A stretch of DNA of 64,000 nt from the human T2T-CHM13v2.0 reference genome, Homo sapiens. The notes below the pieces were generated by a model. It made no database searches. It was not told the DNA's origin and saw nothing but the letters and a program-made list of their open reading frames with translations. The stretch's first letter is position 1. Each line of letters begins with the position of its first letter. Of this stretch, positions 11,011 to 25,644 are shown piece after piece. The position numbers and the translations under genes were made by a program. The stretch is from NCBI RefSeq assembly GCF_009914755.1, contig NC_060930.1; one strand, given 5' to 3'.

Positions 11011-12189
11011 TAATATCAAAGATGCCAAAATAAATTTTTGAGACATTTAATCATTCCTAATTAAACCCCTTAGTAACCTGAGAATATAATTATGTTTTGT
11101 TAACAGTGGCTGAACTAATTTACATTCCCATCAATTGTGTATAAGCATTCCCTTTTCTTTGCAGCTTTGCCAGCATCTATTATTTGACTTTTTAATAATA
11201 GTTATTCTGATTGGTATGAGATAGTATCTCATTATGGTTTTGATTTGCATTTCTTTGATGATTAGTGATGATGAATACCTTTTCATATGTTCATTGGCCA
11301 CTTGTATTTCTCCTGAGAAGTGTCTGTTCATGTTCTTTGCCCATTTTTTAATGGGGTTATTTGTTTTTTGGCTTGTTGGTTTAAGTTCTTTATAGAGTCT
11401 AGATATTAAACCTTTGTTAGATGTGTAGTTTGCACATATTTTCTCCCATTTCTCCCATTTCTGTAGGTTGTCTGTTTACTCTGTTTATAGTTTATTTGCT
11501 GTGCAGAAACTTTTTAGTTTTAATTAGGTCCCACTTGTCAATTTTTGTTGTTGTTGCCATTGCTTTTGGAGACTTAGCCCAAAATTCTTTGCCAAGGCCA
11601 ATGTTGAGAAGGGTATTTCCTAGGCTGCTTCTATGATTCTTACAGTTTTAGATGATACATTTAAGTCTTTAGTCCATTTTGCTTAATTTTTTATATGGCG
11701 TAGGAGTGCAGTTTAATCTTTCTGCATATGGCTAGCCAGTTATCCCAGCACCATTTATTGAATGGGGGTGCTTTCTTCATTGCTTTTGTCAGCTTTGTTG
11801 AAGAGCAGATGGCTGTAGGTGTGCAGCTTTATTTCTGGGTTTTCTATTCTGTTCCATTGGTCTATGTGTCTGTTATTGTACCATTACCATGCTGTTTTGA
11901 TTACTGTAGCCTTATAGTATAGTTTGGAATCACGTGGTATGATGCTTCCAGCTTTGTTCTTTTTGCTTAGGGTTGCTTTGGCTGTTTGTGTTCTTTTTGG
12001 TTCCATGTGAATTTTTTTTCTAATTCTGTGAAAGATGACATTGTTAGTTGTATAGGAATAGCATAGAATCTGTAAATTACTTTGGGCAGTATGGCCATTT
12101 TTATGACATGTATTCTTCTATGAGCATGGAACATTTTTCGATTTATTTGTGTTGTCTCTGATTTCTTTCAGCAATATTTCATAGTTCTT

Positions 12190-12484
<295 letters not shown>

Positions 12485-15400
12485 AGTTCTTCTTATAGGA
12501 TCTTTCACCTCTTTGGTTAGCTGTATTCCTAGGTATTACCATTTTTTTGTGGCTACCATAAATGGGATTGTCTTCTTCCATGACTTTCAGTTTGAATGTT
12601 ATTGATTTATAGAATTGCTATTGAATTTTGTACATTGATTTTGTATTCTGAAACTTTGCTAAATTTGTTTGTCACTTATAGGAGCCTTTTGGTGGAGTCT
12701 TTAGGGTTTTCCAGGTATAGAATCATATCGTTAGTAAAGATATATTGCCTTTTCCTATTTGAATTCCTTTTCCTTCTTTCTTTTTCCTAAATTGCTCTGG
12801 TCAGGATTTCCAGTACTATGTTAAATAGGAGTGGTTAGATTGGGCATTCTTGTCTGGTTCCAGTTCTCAAGAGGAATAGTTCCACCTTCTGCCTATTCAG
12901 TATGATGTTGGCTATGGGTTTGTCATAGATAGCTATTGTTATTTTGGGGCATGCTCCTTAGATGGACTAGTCTGTTGAGGGTTTTTATCATGAAGAAGTG
13001 TTGGATTTTATTGAAAGCTTTTTCTGCGTTCCACTGAAATAATCATATGGTTTTTGCTTTTAATTCTGTTTGTGTAGTAAATCACATTATTGATGTACAT
13101 ATATTGAGTCAGTGTTGCATCCCAGGAATGAAGCCTCCTTGATTGTGATGTATTAACTTTTTGATGTGCTGCTGGATTTGGTTTGCTAGTATTTTGTTAA
13201 GGATTTTTGCATCTGTGTTCATCAGGAATAGTGGCCTGAAGTTTTCTTTTTTCATTGTGTCTCTGCTAGATTTTGGTATCAGACTGATGCTGGCTTCATT
13301 GAATGAGTTAGGGAGAAGCCCCTTCTCCTTGATTTTTTTGGAGTAGTTTCAGTAAAATTGGGACCTCCCAAGATTGAACCAGGAAGAACATGAAACCCTG
13401 AACAGACCAATAACAAGTTCCAAAATTTAATCATAAATGAAAAGAAAAATCCACCAGATGGATTCACAGGCAAATTCTTCTAGATGTACAATTTCATTAA
13501 GTTCTTCTCTTATTTTAGTTATTTCTTCTGCTTGCTTTGGGGTTGGTTTCACTTTTTTTTTTTCTTTTCTTTCCTAGTTCCTCTAGGTGCAAAGTTAGAT
13601 AGTTAATCTGAGACCTTTCTAAGTTTTTGATGAAGGTGTTTAGCACTACAGAATTTCCTCTTAACACTGCTTTAGCTGCATCCCAGAGATTTGGGTAAGT
13701 TATATCCCTATTTTCATTAATTTCAAAAAATATTTTGATTTCTGCCTTAAATTCAATGTTCATCCAGGAGTTATTCAGGAAAAAGTTGTTAAGGTATTTG
13801 TGGAATTTCAAGATATCTTGATATTGATGTCTATTTTTATTGCACTGTGGTCTGAGAGTGTACTTGATATGATTTCTTTTCTTTTTTTTTTTAATTTATT
13901 GAGACTTTCTTTATGACAGCGTGTGGCCGATCTTAGAATATGTTCTGTGTGCAGATGAGAAGAATGTATATGCTGTGATTTTTGGGTAGGTTATTCTGTA
14001 GATGTCTGTTAGGTCAAATCAGTCAAGTGTTGAGTTTAAGTTCAAAATTTCTTTGTTAGTTTTCTGCTCCAGTGATCTGTCTAATGCTGTCAGTGAGGTG
14101 TTGAAGTCTCCCACTATTACTATGTGTCTGTCTAAGTTTTTTCCTAGGTCAAGAACTTGTTTTTTGAATCTGGGTGCCCTAATGTTGGGTGATTACATAA
14201 TTAGGATAGTTATATCTTATTGTTGAATTGTTCTGTTTATCATTACATAATGCCTGTCTTTGTCCTTCCTAATAGTTAGTGGTTTAAATTGTTTTGTCTG
14301 ATAACAAGAATAGCAACTCCTGCTTTTTTCTTTTCTTTTTTTTTTTTTTACATTTGCATGATAGAACTTTCTTTATCCCTTTATTTTGAGCCTGTGGGTG
14401 TTGTTACTTGTGAGATGGGCCTCTTGAAGACAGCAGATAGTTGGGTCTTGTCATTTTATCTGAATTGCAACTCTACCTTTTAAGTGGAATGTTTAGCCCA
14501 TTTACATTCAGGCCTGGTATTGGTATGTGAAATTTTGATCCTATCATTGTGTTAGCTGGTTGTTAGGTAGACTTGATTGTGTAGGTGCTTTATATTGTCT
14601 GTGGGCTATGTGCTTAAGTTTGATTTTGTGGTAGCAAAACATATTTCAGTTCCATATTTAGCACTCCCTTAAAGACATCTTATAAGGCCGGTCTAATTGT
14701 AACAAATTCCCTCAGTGTTTGCTTGACTGGGAAGGATTTTATTTTTCCTTTGCTTATGAAGTATAGTTTGGTATGATACTAAATTATTGGTTGGAATTGC
14801 TTTACTTCAAGGATGCTGAAAATAGGTTCTCAGTGTCTTCTGGCTTGTAAGATTTCTGCTGAGAGTTCCACTGCTAGCTTGATGGGGTTCCTTTTGTATG
14901 TGGCCTGACCTTTCTCTCTAGGTGTGTTTAAGATTTTTTTCTTTCTCATTGACCTTGGAGAATCTGATGACTCTATGCCTTAGGAATAGTTGTCTCCTAT
15001 AGTACCTAGCTAGGGTTCTCAGTATTTCTTGAATTTGCATGTCAACCATTCTGGCTAGATTAAGGAAATTTTTGTGATATGTAACCTCAAATATATTTTC
15101 CATGTTACTTATTCTCTCTCCTCTCTCAGGAATGTCAATGACTTGTAAGTTTGGTATCTTTACATAATCCCATATTTCTCAGAGATTTTGTTAATTTTTT
15201 TAAAAATTATTTTTTTCTCATTTGAGTTGATTTGAAGAACTGGTCTTCAAGCTCTGGGTTTTTTTTTTCCCCCCAACTTGGTCTATTCTGCTGCTACTAC
15301 TTTCTATTGTATTATGAAATTTCCATAGTGAATTTTTAGTTCCAGAAGGTCAGTTTGTTTCTTTCTTATAATGGTTATTTCATCTTTCAGCTCTTGGATC

Positions 15401-15874
15401 ATTTTACTGGATTCCTTGGATTGGGTCTCAACTTTCTGATAAATCTCAATGAGCTTCTTTGCCATCCAGATTCTGAATTCTGTGTGTGTCATTTTGGTCA
15501 TTTCAATCTGGTTATGAACCATTCCTGGGGGAGTAGTGGGCTTATTTGGAGGTTAAGGGGACATTCTGACTTTTTGAATTGCCAGAATTCTTGCACTGAT
15601 TCTTTCTCATCTGGAGGGGCTAGTATTCTCTTAACTGTGGTATAGTTTGAATATAGTAAGTTGGGTTCATTTCGCGATGCATTCAGAGGGTCATGACTCT
15701 GTATGGGATTTTTATTTGTGGATGAATTCTTATACTTGTTTTCACAGGGATGTATATTAGATAATTTTGGTGTTATAGTTTCAGCTGTTATCCAGTAGAT
15801 GGCGCTTAAGACGCTTAAGAGTAATTGCGGGTAGATGGGCTCTTAATCAAGATGTGTGGCTCTTTTCTATTTCT

Positions 15875-16171
15875 TTCTTTCTTTTTTTCTTTTTTTTGAG
15901 ACGGAGTCTTGCTCTCGCCCAGGATGGAGTGCAGTGGCGCAGTCCCGGCTCACTGCAAGCTCCGCCTCCTGGGTTGATGCTTTCTTCCTCAACCTCCAGG
16001 GGAGCTGGGACTACAGGCGCCGGCTACCACGCCTGGCTCATTTTTTGTATTTTTAGTAGAGACGGGGTTTCACCGTGTTAGCCAGGATGGTCTTGATCTC
16101 CTGAGCTCGTGATCCACCTGCCTTGGCCTCCCAAAGTGCTGGGATTTCAGGCGTGAGCCACCGCGCCCAGC
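15875..16171 (-). mobile_element. AluY inserted in L1 5' region
   Basis: Diagnostic ctgcaagctccgcc and caccgtgttagccaggatgg; TSD ctctttt(c/g)tatttct. Confidence 0.93.
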
Positions 16172-17819
16172 CTCTTTTGTATTTCTATGTTCATAACCAT
16201 GTTCTGTGGTGGGCAGAGAGATGACACCCTCACCAGGCCTGCTCCTGGGCATTTAGGGAATCCCCTTGGTCACTAGCACCACTCTCATTTTTCTTTTGTT
16301 GAGTGTTCCAGGCTGTGGGACTTCATCAGGTAGAGGCCAGGACAGGGAGATAGACTACACTCTTTCTGAACTGGTACTGTGGAAAGAGGCATGCCCCACT
16401 GCCACACATCTTGTCCCTCTTACTGCTGTGAAAGTGGGGGCTCCTCTGCTTAAGTGCCGGCCACAACTTTCAGCTCAGTACTCCAGAGCTGTGTGCCACA
16501 GCCCTGGCAGGCTCGGAGGGCCAGTGGCTTAGGGCTGGGCTCTGGCTCTGCTGGGGGATACAAAGTGCTCTCAGGAAAGTACTCAGGTGTATTAGAGCAC
16601 TCAGGCTGGGCCCTGGAGGCTGCTCTGTGCACACACTTCTATGGAGTGGGTCGACAGGGGCCCTGGGAGGGGCTGGTGGGCAGGAGGGCCTGTAGAACTG
16701 ATGCACCCCAGTCCTGCAGGAAAGCCAGTCTTGCCCTTTCCTGGCTTGGTAGTCAGCTGGGGCTGGAGCTTCTCAGAGGGAGATGACATGCTGTGGGAGT
16801 GAGCATCTATGGCTGCCCTTTGTTGGAGCCACCCTATGCACAAAAGCTCATGGGCTCTGTGCCAGTTGAGGCCCTGTCTGCTTACTCCCTGGCCATATCC
16901 CTCTGCCAATTCACAGGCCCATGGGGGTGTGGGGTTCCCTGTAGCTAGGATCCCAGTGGTCTGTAGTGAGATTGAGCTGTCCCTCAGTCCCTTCACTCCT
17001 TCCCTAGGAGCTGTTTGGTGCACCCAATTCAGTCTCAGTGCTCAGCTTCCTCTTCAGCCTCAGTGTTACTTGTCTCTTCATCCACCCTCAGTGTTTTCTC
17101 TCCAAAGATCTACCCAAATTATGTTGGTTTACTTGTTAATTCGTTCTCTCTCAGTGGGAACAGCGCTTCGTGGCTTTGTCTAGTGCTATCTTGTCCCCCA
17201 CCTTGATTATATATAACAGTTCTGAGCGCACTAGTATCTTTAATTTTGCTTATATAAGAGCCCTAAAGGAGAAAAGCTGTTTTGTTGATAACCTTTCTAA
17301 GTCTCTGTAGCATTTAATTCTTTTTTCTATGTCCTGTCTTCTGATTTCTTCTCCTATGATTTCCTGTAATTTCTTTTAAAATTGTACTGAAAACAGGCTT
17401 TTTGGAGTTAAGATTCATACTGGAAACACTCTTCTTGATTTGTCCAAAGCTACCCATAAGAGAAATACTGCTGGTGAAAGATGGTTGCTTCAAATATATC
17501 TTTTGTATGGAGCTGGGACAGTTTTGGCTTGCATGCTGAAATTTTGTTTTAAAAACATATTTTTAGTTAATCTAAAAATATACTTCAAAATAAAAATTTC
17601 CTATGTTAGTCTCAATTTGAAGATTATTTGTGGATTAACAGCCACCAAGATCTGTTTCTTTAATGAACAACAACACTACCTAGAGACAGTGTACTGCTAA
17701 GTGGAGAGTTTCTGGGATTTCTGTGTTGAGTTCCTAACAGCAAATAGACCAGCTAGGAAAAGTGGTTCGTATTCAGATGGAGAGATTTCATCACTTGGCC
17801 ATCTAGAATTGGATGGGAG

Positions 17820-18100
17820 AACTAGAAGCCATAAACTGGCAGCCCAGGTATGTATGTTTGGCCTACAGATAAGTTTTATTTGGCCCACATAGTTTTTTAA
17901 AAAATGGAATTACTTGAAAATTAGATTTCACATACAAATTTAATTTCTGCCTTCTTTTGAAAAATTGGACAATATGGCAATAATATGTCCACAATTAGTT
18001 GGACCTAAATAGTAGCTTCTTTCTTTAGATGAAGACACATTGCCAGCTTTACTTATGTTAACTATATAGCACCTCTTTAGGCATTTGAGTTCGTAATCCA
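17820..18100. mobile_element. Probable hAT-Charlie family DNA transposon remnant
   Basis: aaactggcagcccagg...tttggcctacagataagttttatttggcccac...gcatttgagtt resembles Charlie-type ends. Confidence 0.4.
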
Positions 18101-19848
18101 TTTGAAAACTTTAAATCTGACATTTGATACTATTTTAGTGGCATGCACTACCCATGACTCTGTTATGTTCTCTTTCTCATCATGGTATTTTCCAATATTT
18201 TCTCATGTTTCTGGTAGCAGTTAGCCTGTACCATTGGTTCAAGAGCTTGCTCAATTGTAAGTCCAATAGCAACAGCCAGGGCCTTAAGGAATCTAGAGTA
18301 GTGCTAAGTATTTAAACTCATCTAAGAAAATCTCCTATCAACCTTATCTCTCCTATTCAAAGGGAACTCAAATTTGTTAAGATTTTTTGTTTCTAAACAG
18401 GATGGATTAAAACCAATGTCCAATTTGCTGCTTTCGAGGGAGTTTCTTGGACCTCCTGAATTTAGTGTGCAGATAACAGTGCTACATGGGATTTGGTTCT
18501 TTGAATATTCAGCACCAAAGGGGACCTTCTCAAATTGTACTTACTCAACAGTGTCTCTTTTTCTTTTATGATGCTTCTCTAGGAACCATAATAGCACAGA
18601 GTTAATTGTCTTGCTCACACTCCTTTGCTTTTTAATCCCAAGAGTTTGACAGGCTATAGTGAAAATGTACTCTAGGCTTAGTTCTAGGGTGGTAATTTAC
18701 TGTAAGCAATACCTGGCATTAAACCTGAGGTCTATAATTCTGAATGGTACCCCCACAAAATGCATTGCTATCCTACGCCAGTTGAGCACTCAGTTACATA
18801 TTTTTTGAGTGGATGAGTGATAGAAACGACTTAAAACTCATCCTGTTTTGACCTAGTCCTTGTGTCACGTTCAAAGGAACAGAAACCTGTGTCCAAATGT
18901 CTTGAAGAATAATGCAGATCATAATTTAGGCTCTCTTAAAGGCCTAGTATAGAGTTTTCTGTAGCATTTCACAGAGAAGTTTCTAAGGTTTTTCTTCAGA
19001 TAAGTTTCCCTTTCCCCAAAGTTTCCTGTTAATAAAATCTGCTTAAAATTTATGCTTCTCCTACTCTCTCCAGAGAACTATCAATATATATTTTTTCAGT
19101 GTTCACTAGCTCTTCCTCTTCTTCCTGTACACTACATTTCCAACCATCCTAATGTATATAAGCACATAACCCTCCATTTCTGGTGTTATCCCTACCCCTA
19201 TCCATTTTATATGTAACTTTTTCCTATCAAGGTTGTTTTTCTCATGAGAAACAACTCTGTTGTGAATGAGTAAATAAAACTGTCCATTTTATTTTATGTA
19301 CAATGAAAACTTGAATGAAGGAAATTTAGTTTGTCTCTTACCTTGTCACCCTCCTATATGAAGAAAGAGAATTACTGAACTACTGTGGGATATAAAAAGC
19401 ATATTAATACCTAGGCAATCATAATGGAGTAAAAGCACTTCAGAAAATACCCTGTTTGCATAATAGTTAAGGTATTTAGTCCCCACAAAAGCCTGTAAGA
19501 AAGATAGTCACAATTATTCACTTATTCATAAATCAAGAAACTAAGATTCAGAGAGAAGTAACTTGATGCACATAAACATGCTCAAAATTGCACATGGCAG
19601 GCATTTTTCATGTAGACACAAGGATTTAAGATAATAGTTCTGGTGAATATTGGGATCTGGATGATGTGAAATGACTTAGTATTTCTTAATTTTGGGGTAG
19701 AAGTAGACTATGGGGATGGATAACTTAGATCACCTGGCCTAACTCTTACTTCAAATTTTGTAAACTTGGGAGTCAGGGATATAATTAAAATGGAATTGTG
19801 ACCTAATTATAGATTTTGAGGAATTTACATGAGTTGCAATTAAACCAC

Positions 19849-20228
19849 TGTATTAGTCTGTTGTCACATTACTGTAAGGAAATACCTGAAACTGGGTAAT
19901 TTATAAGAAAAGAGGTTTAATTAGCTCATTAAGTTTTGCAGGCTCTACAGGCTTCTGCTTCTGGGGAAGCCTCAGGAAACTTACAATCATGGCGGAAGCT
20001 GAAGGGAAAGCAAGCACATCTTATATGACCAGTGGGAAGAAGAGAGAGAGAAGGGGGAGACACTACACACTTTCAAACAACCAGATCTCCTGAGAACTCT
20101 GTTATGAGAACAGCAAGGGGGAAGTCCGCCCCTCTGAACCGATCACCTTCCACCAGCCCCCTCCTGTAATCTTGAGAATTACAATTTGACATAAGATTTG
20201 GGTGGGGACACAGAAGCAGACCATAGCA
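19849..20228 (-). mobile_element. MSTA/MSTB solo LTR
   Basis: tgtattagtctgttgtcaca...gatttgggtggggacacagaagcagaccatagca; perfect 5-bp TSD ACCAC (19844-48, 20229-33). Confidence 0.92.
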
Positions 20229-21303
20229 ACCACTATTAGGATATGTTAGTATAAAGAAAATATTGTTACCCATGTGCAAAAATACATGCATTTATGATGT
20301 AAAGAATAATCTAAAGCTACTGTTTAGCGATTTTTCAGTAACTGGTAAAGCAAGAAAAGCACATGTTTGTTTTTGTTCTCCTTAACTCTGACCCACAAAG
20401 AATGAAAGGAAATGAACATTTTTATGTTTTGTGACAGTGCATTTTCTCTCCATATTTTGTGGATGATGAAACAACTTAATTGTGAAGTCCAGATTTCTGA
20501 TTAAGCAGTTTGTTCTTAGTGGGCTTTTAAATCAAATTTTATCTCTGAACTTTGAGAGTTGAGGCTGCCAAGATTTAAATGAGGAAAAACATTAGTTTTT
20601 ATCCCTACTAGCATTAAAGTTTAAGGCTTTGAAATTGTGAAACATAATTACTAAAAATAAGTCAACTATGAAAATAAAGTTGGGATTGAGTTTTCATGAT
20701 ATTTGCTATGCAGGGGAAAACATTGGACTCTAATATATGTATAGTATAGTTACATGTGATTTGTATTATAAGTTCAAGTTAGAGCCTTCAAAATATTTTT
20801 TTTCTTTTCCAAAATTTTACTCTGTAATTTTAAAAAAATTACCTTACTCATAAATAGAATACATATATTTTATTAGCTTTTTTGCTAAACTGTTTAGTGA
20901 AATAGAGGCAGTTTTCAAGACTATACAAATTTTAGGAATTTTAGAAAATTTGTTGTAAGTTAAACCATTGAAGTTTCTGTTTTTAAAATTGTCATCTAAT
21001 ATTTCAATGTATGATTGCAACAAATTTTCAGTAATCTATGTACATTTTTGTCAGTTTAGATTTTAATTGGATCTTGGACTAAGTATTAATGAACCATACT
21101 TGTATACGTACCTTTGAGATTGAATAATACCTTTATGAGTGCCATTTTATGAATAGTTTCTGAATTTTAAAATATATATCATATACTCAATCTCGTTAGG
21201 CATGTTTGTTTACTTAATTCTTGCTATGTGCTCAGCAATCAAGTAGAGTGAAAGAGAGACACTATCCCTGTACTTCATGTTACCATCTAACTATTTGAGA
21301 GTA

Positions 21304-21659
21304 TATCTTAGTCTCTTTTGTGTGGCTATTGCAGAATACCTGAGATTGGATAATTGATAAAGAACGGAGATTTATTTATTACAGTTCTGGAGGCTGGGAA
21401 GTTCAAGGTTGAGGGACCTGCATCTAGGGAAGGTCTTCTTGCTATCTCATCTGATGGTGGGAGGGTCAAGACAGATGCACAAGAGAGCAAGAGATGGAAC
21501 TTGCAGCCTAAAGCCCTTTGATAATTGCCATTAATTGTTTATGAGGGCAGAGCCTTCATGACCTAAACACCTCCCTTTAGTCTCTACCTTTCCACACTGT
21601 TGTACTGGAGATTAAATTTCCAACACATGCATTTTGGGTGACACATTCAAACCATACCA
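21304..21659 (-). mobile_element. MSTC/MSTD-type MaLR solo LTR
   Basis: tatcttagtctcttttgtgtggctat...gggtgacacattcaaaccatacca; 5-bp TSD GAGTA. Confidence 0.85.
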
Positions 21660-21749
21660 GAGTATTTTACTATAGAATTTAAATTCACTGGCAAATTTAA
21701 ATATTTACCAGTGGAAAATTTTAAGAATCAGAGTCATATATTTTAAAAT

Positions 21750-21895
21750 TTTATTTTATTAATTATTTTTAAATTTCAATTTAATAGCTCTAGTAGTGCA
21801 AGTGGTTTTTGGTTACCTGGATGAGTTGTGTAGTAGTGAAGTTTGGGTTTTAAGTGTACCTGTCACCCAGATAGTATACATTGTCTCCAATAGAA
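21750..21895 (-). mobile_element. L1PB 3'-end fragment
   Basis: caagtggtttttggttacctggatgagttgtgtagtagtgaagtt...cacccagatagtatacattg. Confidence 0.75.
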
Positions 21896-23175
21896 AAAGT
21901 AAAATAAATTTAAAAATTAGTGATCATATATAATATAGAAAAACAAGGTCATAGTAATCACAGAGATGCAATGTACAAGATTTGGATCAGAAATCCTTCC
22001 TGATATAATTTTTCTTTTCCTTTTTTTTGGCACCAAGTTTAGACATGGTGGAAAAGGATAAAGGAGGGTTGACAACTGGCAGAAAACATACAGGAAGTGG
22101 TACAATGAGACAAGAAGGAATAAACCTTAAGAGTAACTCCAGATTAGAGTGTAGCAGGGTAGATAGGATGAGATTGAAGAGACTGTCAGGAAGACTTCCA
22201 AATGGTGGGAGTCTTGAAACACTAGAGATTTAGAATCATTGTAGGGACCTGGTGGTAGTGAGTTTCTTGAAGATTATTCTAGTAACTGAGTGGGTTAAGA
22301 GATAATAGGGACAGTGAAACTCATTTGGAAGGTGTTTCAGTGGGTCAGGTATGAAGTAATTACACCAAAGGCTTGAAGTTCTGAAATAAAGAGGAGACAG
22401 TTGATGTGGGAGAATTCAGGAAGGAAAAAAAAATTACATAAAGTGTTTGTTTAGTGTCTAAGTCAGTTTAACTTCATTTTAACCAGTTGAGGGTAAACAC
22501 TGATGAATTACGATTTTGATTTAAACCGTAATCTAGAGGACTTCCATTAGTTTGGGATGTTAAGATATGTTATGAGAATCCCAAATATAGCAGCTTAGGT
22601 AAAATGGGGAAGTGGGTGATTTAGGTTTTCTGTGGTGGCTTAACTATTTCATCAGGCTACTGGGCTCTTTCTGTTTCTCAGTCTTTCTGTGAAGGCCTTT
22701 CTTCGTCTTTGTGCCTATCCCTCTAGTTGAAAGATAACTATTGCATATCCAGGTATCACCTTTATGTTCCGCACTGGGGGAATAAAATGAGAAACAGGAA
22801 AAGGCAGTGCCTGCATCAGGAAGGAAAAAGCTTTTTATCTTATTGACTTGTATGTGTCATAGACCACCATTAGCTGCATTGGAGTCTGGAGAGAGTGAGG
22901 TTTGTTTTATTTTGGTTTTGGCTGAGCACAGTAAAGGTTCTGTAATTAAGGGAAGGAGAAGCAGACACCGGGTAGGCACTTCTGAGAAAAAGTTGTTCTG
23001 TAGAACCCATTGATTCTTCAAAAATATTAAACTATAAAATTAAAAACTTTAATGTATTGGATTGGAGTACTTTTAGTTGTTTGGATACTGTATTAGGACT
23101 TTTTTTTTTTTCAGTAGGCTTTTGGGGAACAGGTGGTGTTTGGTTACATGAATAAATTCTTTAGTGGTGATGTGA

Positions 23176-23486
<311 letters not shown>

Positions 23487-25313
23487 CCCAATGTGTAGTC
23501 TTTTATCCCTCACCCTCCTCCCACCCTTTCCCTCAAGTGCCTAGTCCATTGTATTATTCTTATGTCTTTGTGTCCTCATAGCTTAGCTCCCACTTATGAG
23601 TGAGAACATACAATGTTTGGTTTTCCATTCCCGAGTTACTTCACTTAGAATAATGGTCTCCAGTTCCATCCAGGTTGCTGCAAATGCCATTTTTTTTTTT
23701 ATGGCTGAGTAGTATTCCATGGTGTGTGTATATATATATACCACAATTTCTTTACCCACTCGTTGATAGATGTGCATTTGGGCTGGTTCCATATTTTTCC
23801 AATTGTGAATTGTGCTGCTATAAATGTGTTTGCAAATATCTTTTTCATGTAACGACTCCTTTTCTTCTGGGACCCAGTAGTGAGATTGCTGGATCAAATG
23901 GTAGTTCTACTTTTCATTTTTAAAGGAATCTCCACACTTTTCCATAGTGGTTGTACTAATTTACATTCCCACTAGCTGTGGAAAAGTGTCCCCTTTTCAC
24001 AACATCCTTGCCAACATACATTTTTTTAAAGTTGTTGATTATGGCCATTCTTACAGGAGTAAGGTGGAATCACATTGTGGTTTTGATTTGCATTTCCCTG
24101 ATCATTAGTGATGTTGAGCATTGTTTCATATGTTTGTTGGCCATTTGTATATCTTTTGAGAACTATCTATTCATGTCCTTAGCCCACTTTTTGTTGGGAT
24201 TGTTTGGTTTTTTTCTTGCTGATGTTTTTGAGTTCTTTGTAGATTCTGGATATTAGTTCTTTGTCAGAGTTATAGATTGCAAAGATTTTCTCCCACTTTG
24301 TGTGTTGTCTGTTTACTCTGCTCATTGTTTCTTTTGCTGTGCAGAAGTTTTTTAGTTAAAGTCCTATCTATTTATCTTTGTTGCATTTGCATTTGCTTTT
24401 GGGTTCTTTGTCATGAAGTATTTGCCTAAGCCAATGTCAAGAAGGGTTTTTCCAATGTTATCTTCTAGAATTTTTATGGTTTCTGGTCTTTGATTTAAAT
24501 CTGTGATCCATCTTGAGTTGATTTTTGTATAACGTGAGAGATGAGGATCCAGTTTCATTCTACCTGTGGCTTGCCAATTATTCCAGCATCATTTGTTGAA
24601 TAGGGTGTCCTTTCCCCACTTTATGTTTTTGTTTGCTGTGTCAAAGATCAGTTGGTTGTAAGTATTTGGCTTTATTTCTGGGTTCTCTATTCTGTTCCAT
24701 TGGTCTATGTGCCTATTTATACCAGTACCATGATATGTTGGCAACAATGGCCTTATAGTATAGTTTGAAGTTAGGTAATGTGATGCCTTCAGATTTGTTC
24801 TTTTTGCTTAGTTTTGCTTTGGCTGCGTGGGATTTTTTTGGTTTCATATGAATTTTAGTATTTTTTTTTCTAGTTCTGTGAAGAATGATGGTGCTATTTT
24901 GATGAGAATTGTATTGAATTTGTAGATTCAATGAATTTGTCATTTTCACAGTGTTGATTCTACCCATCCATGAGCATGGAATGTGTTTCCATGTGTGTCA
25001 TTTGTGATTTCTTTCATCAGCATTTTGTAGTTTTCCTTGTAGAGGTCTTTCACCTTCTTGGTTAGGTATATTCCTAAGTATTTTATTTTTTACTTTTGCA
25101 GCTTTTGTAAAAGGGGTTGAGTTTTTTATTTTATTCTCAGCTTTGTCATGTTGGTGTGTAGCAGAGCTACTGATTTGTGTACATTAATTGTGTATCCTGA
25201 AACTTCTCTGATTTCATTGAGCAGTTCTAGGAGCTTTTTGGGAGAGTCTTTAGAGTTTTCTAGGTATACGATCATATCATCAGCAAACGACAGTTTCACT
25301 TGCTCTTAACTGA

Positions 25314-25644
<331 letters not shown>

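Noticed and set aside
16266-17206. Cluster of overlapping GC-rich ORFs (up to 140 aa)
   Set aside because: They lie in an L1 5' UTR, where GC-rich sequence has few stops; no recognisable domain.
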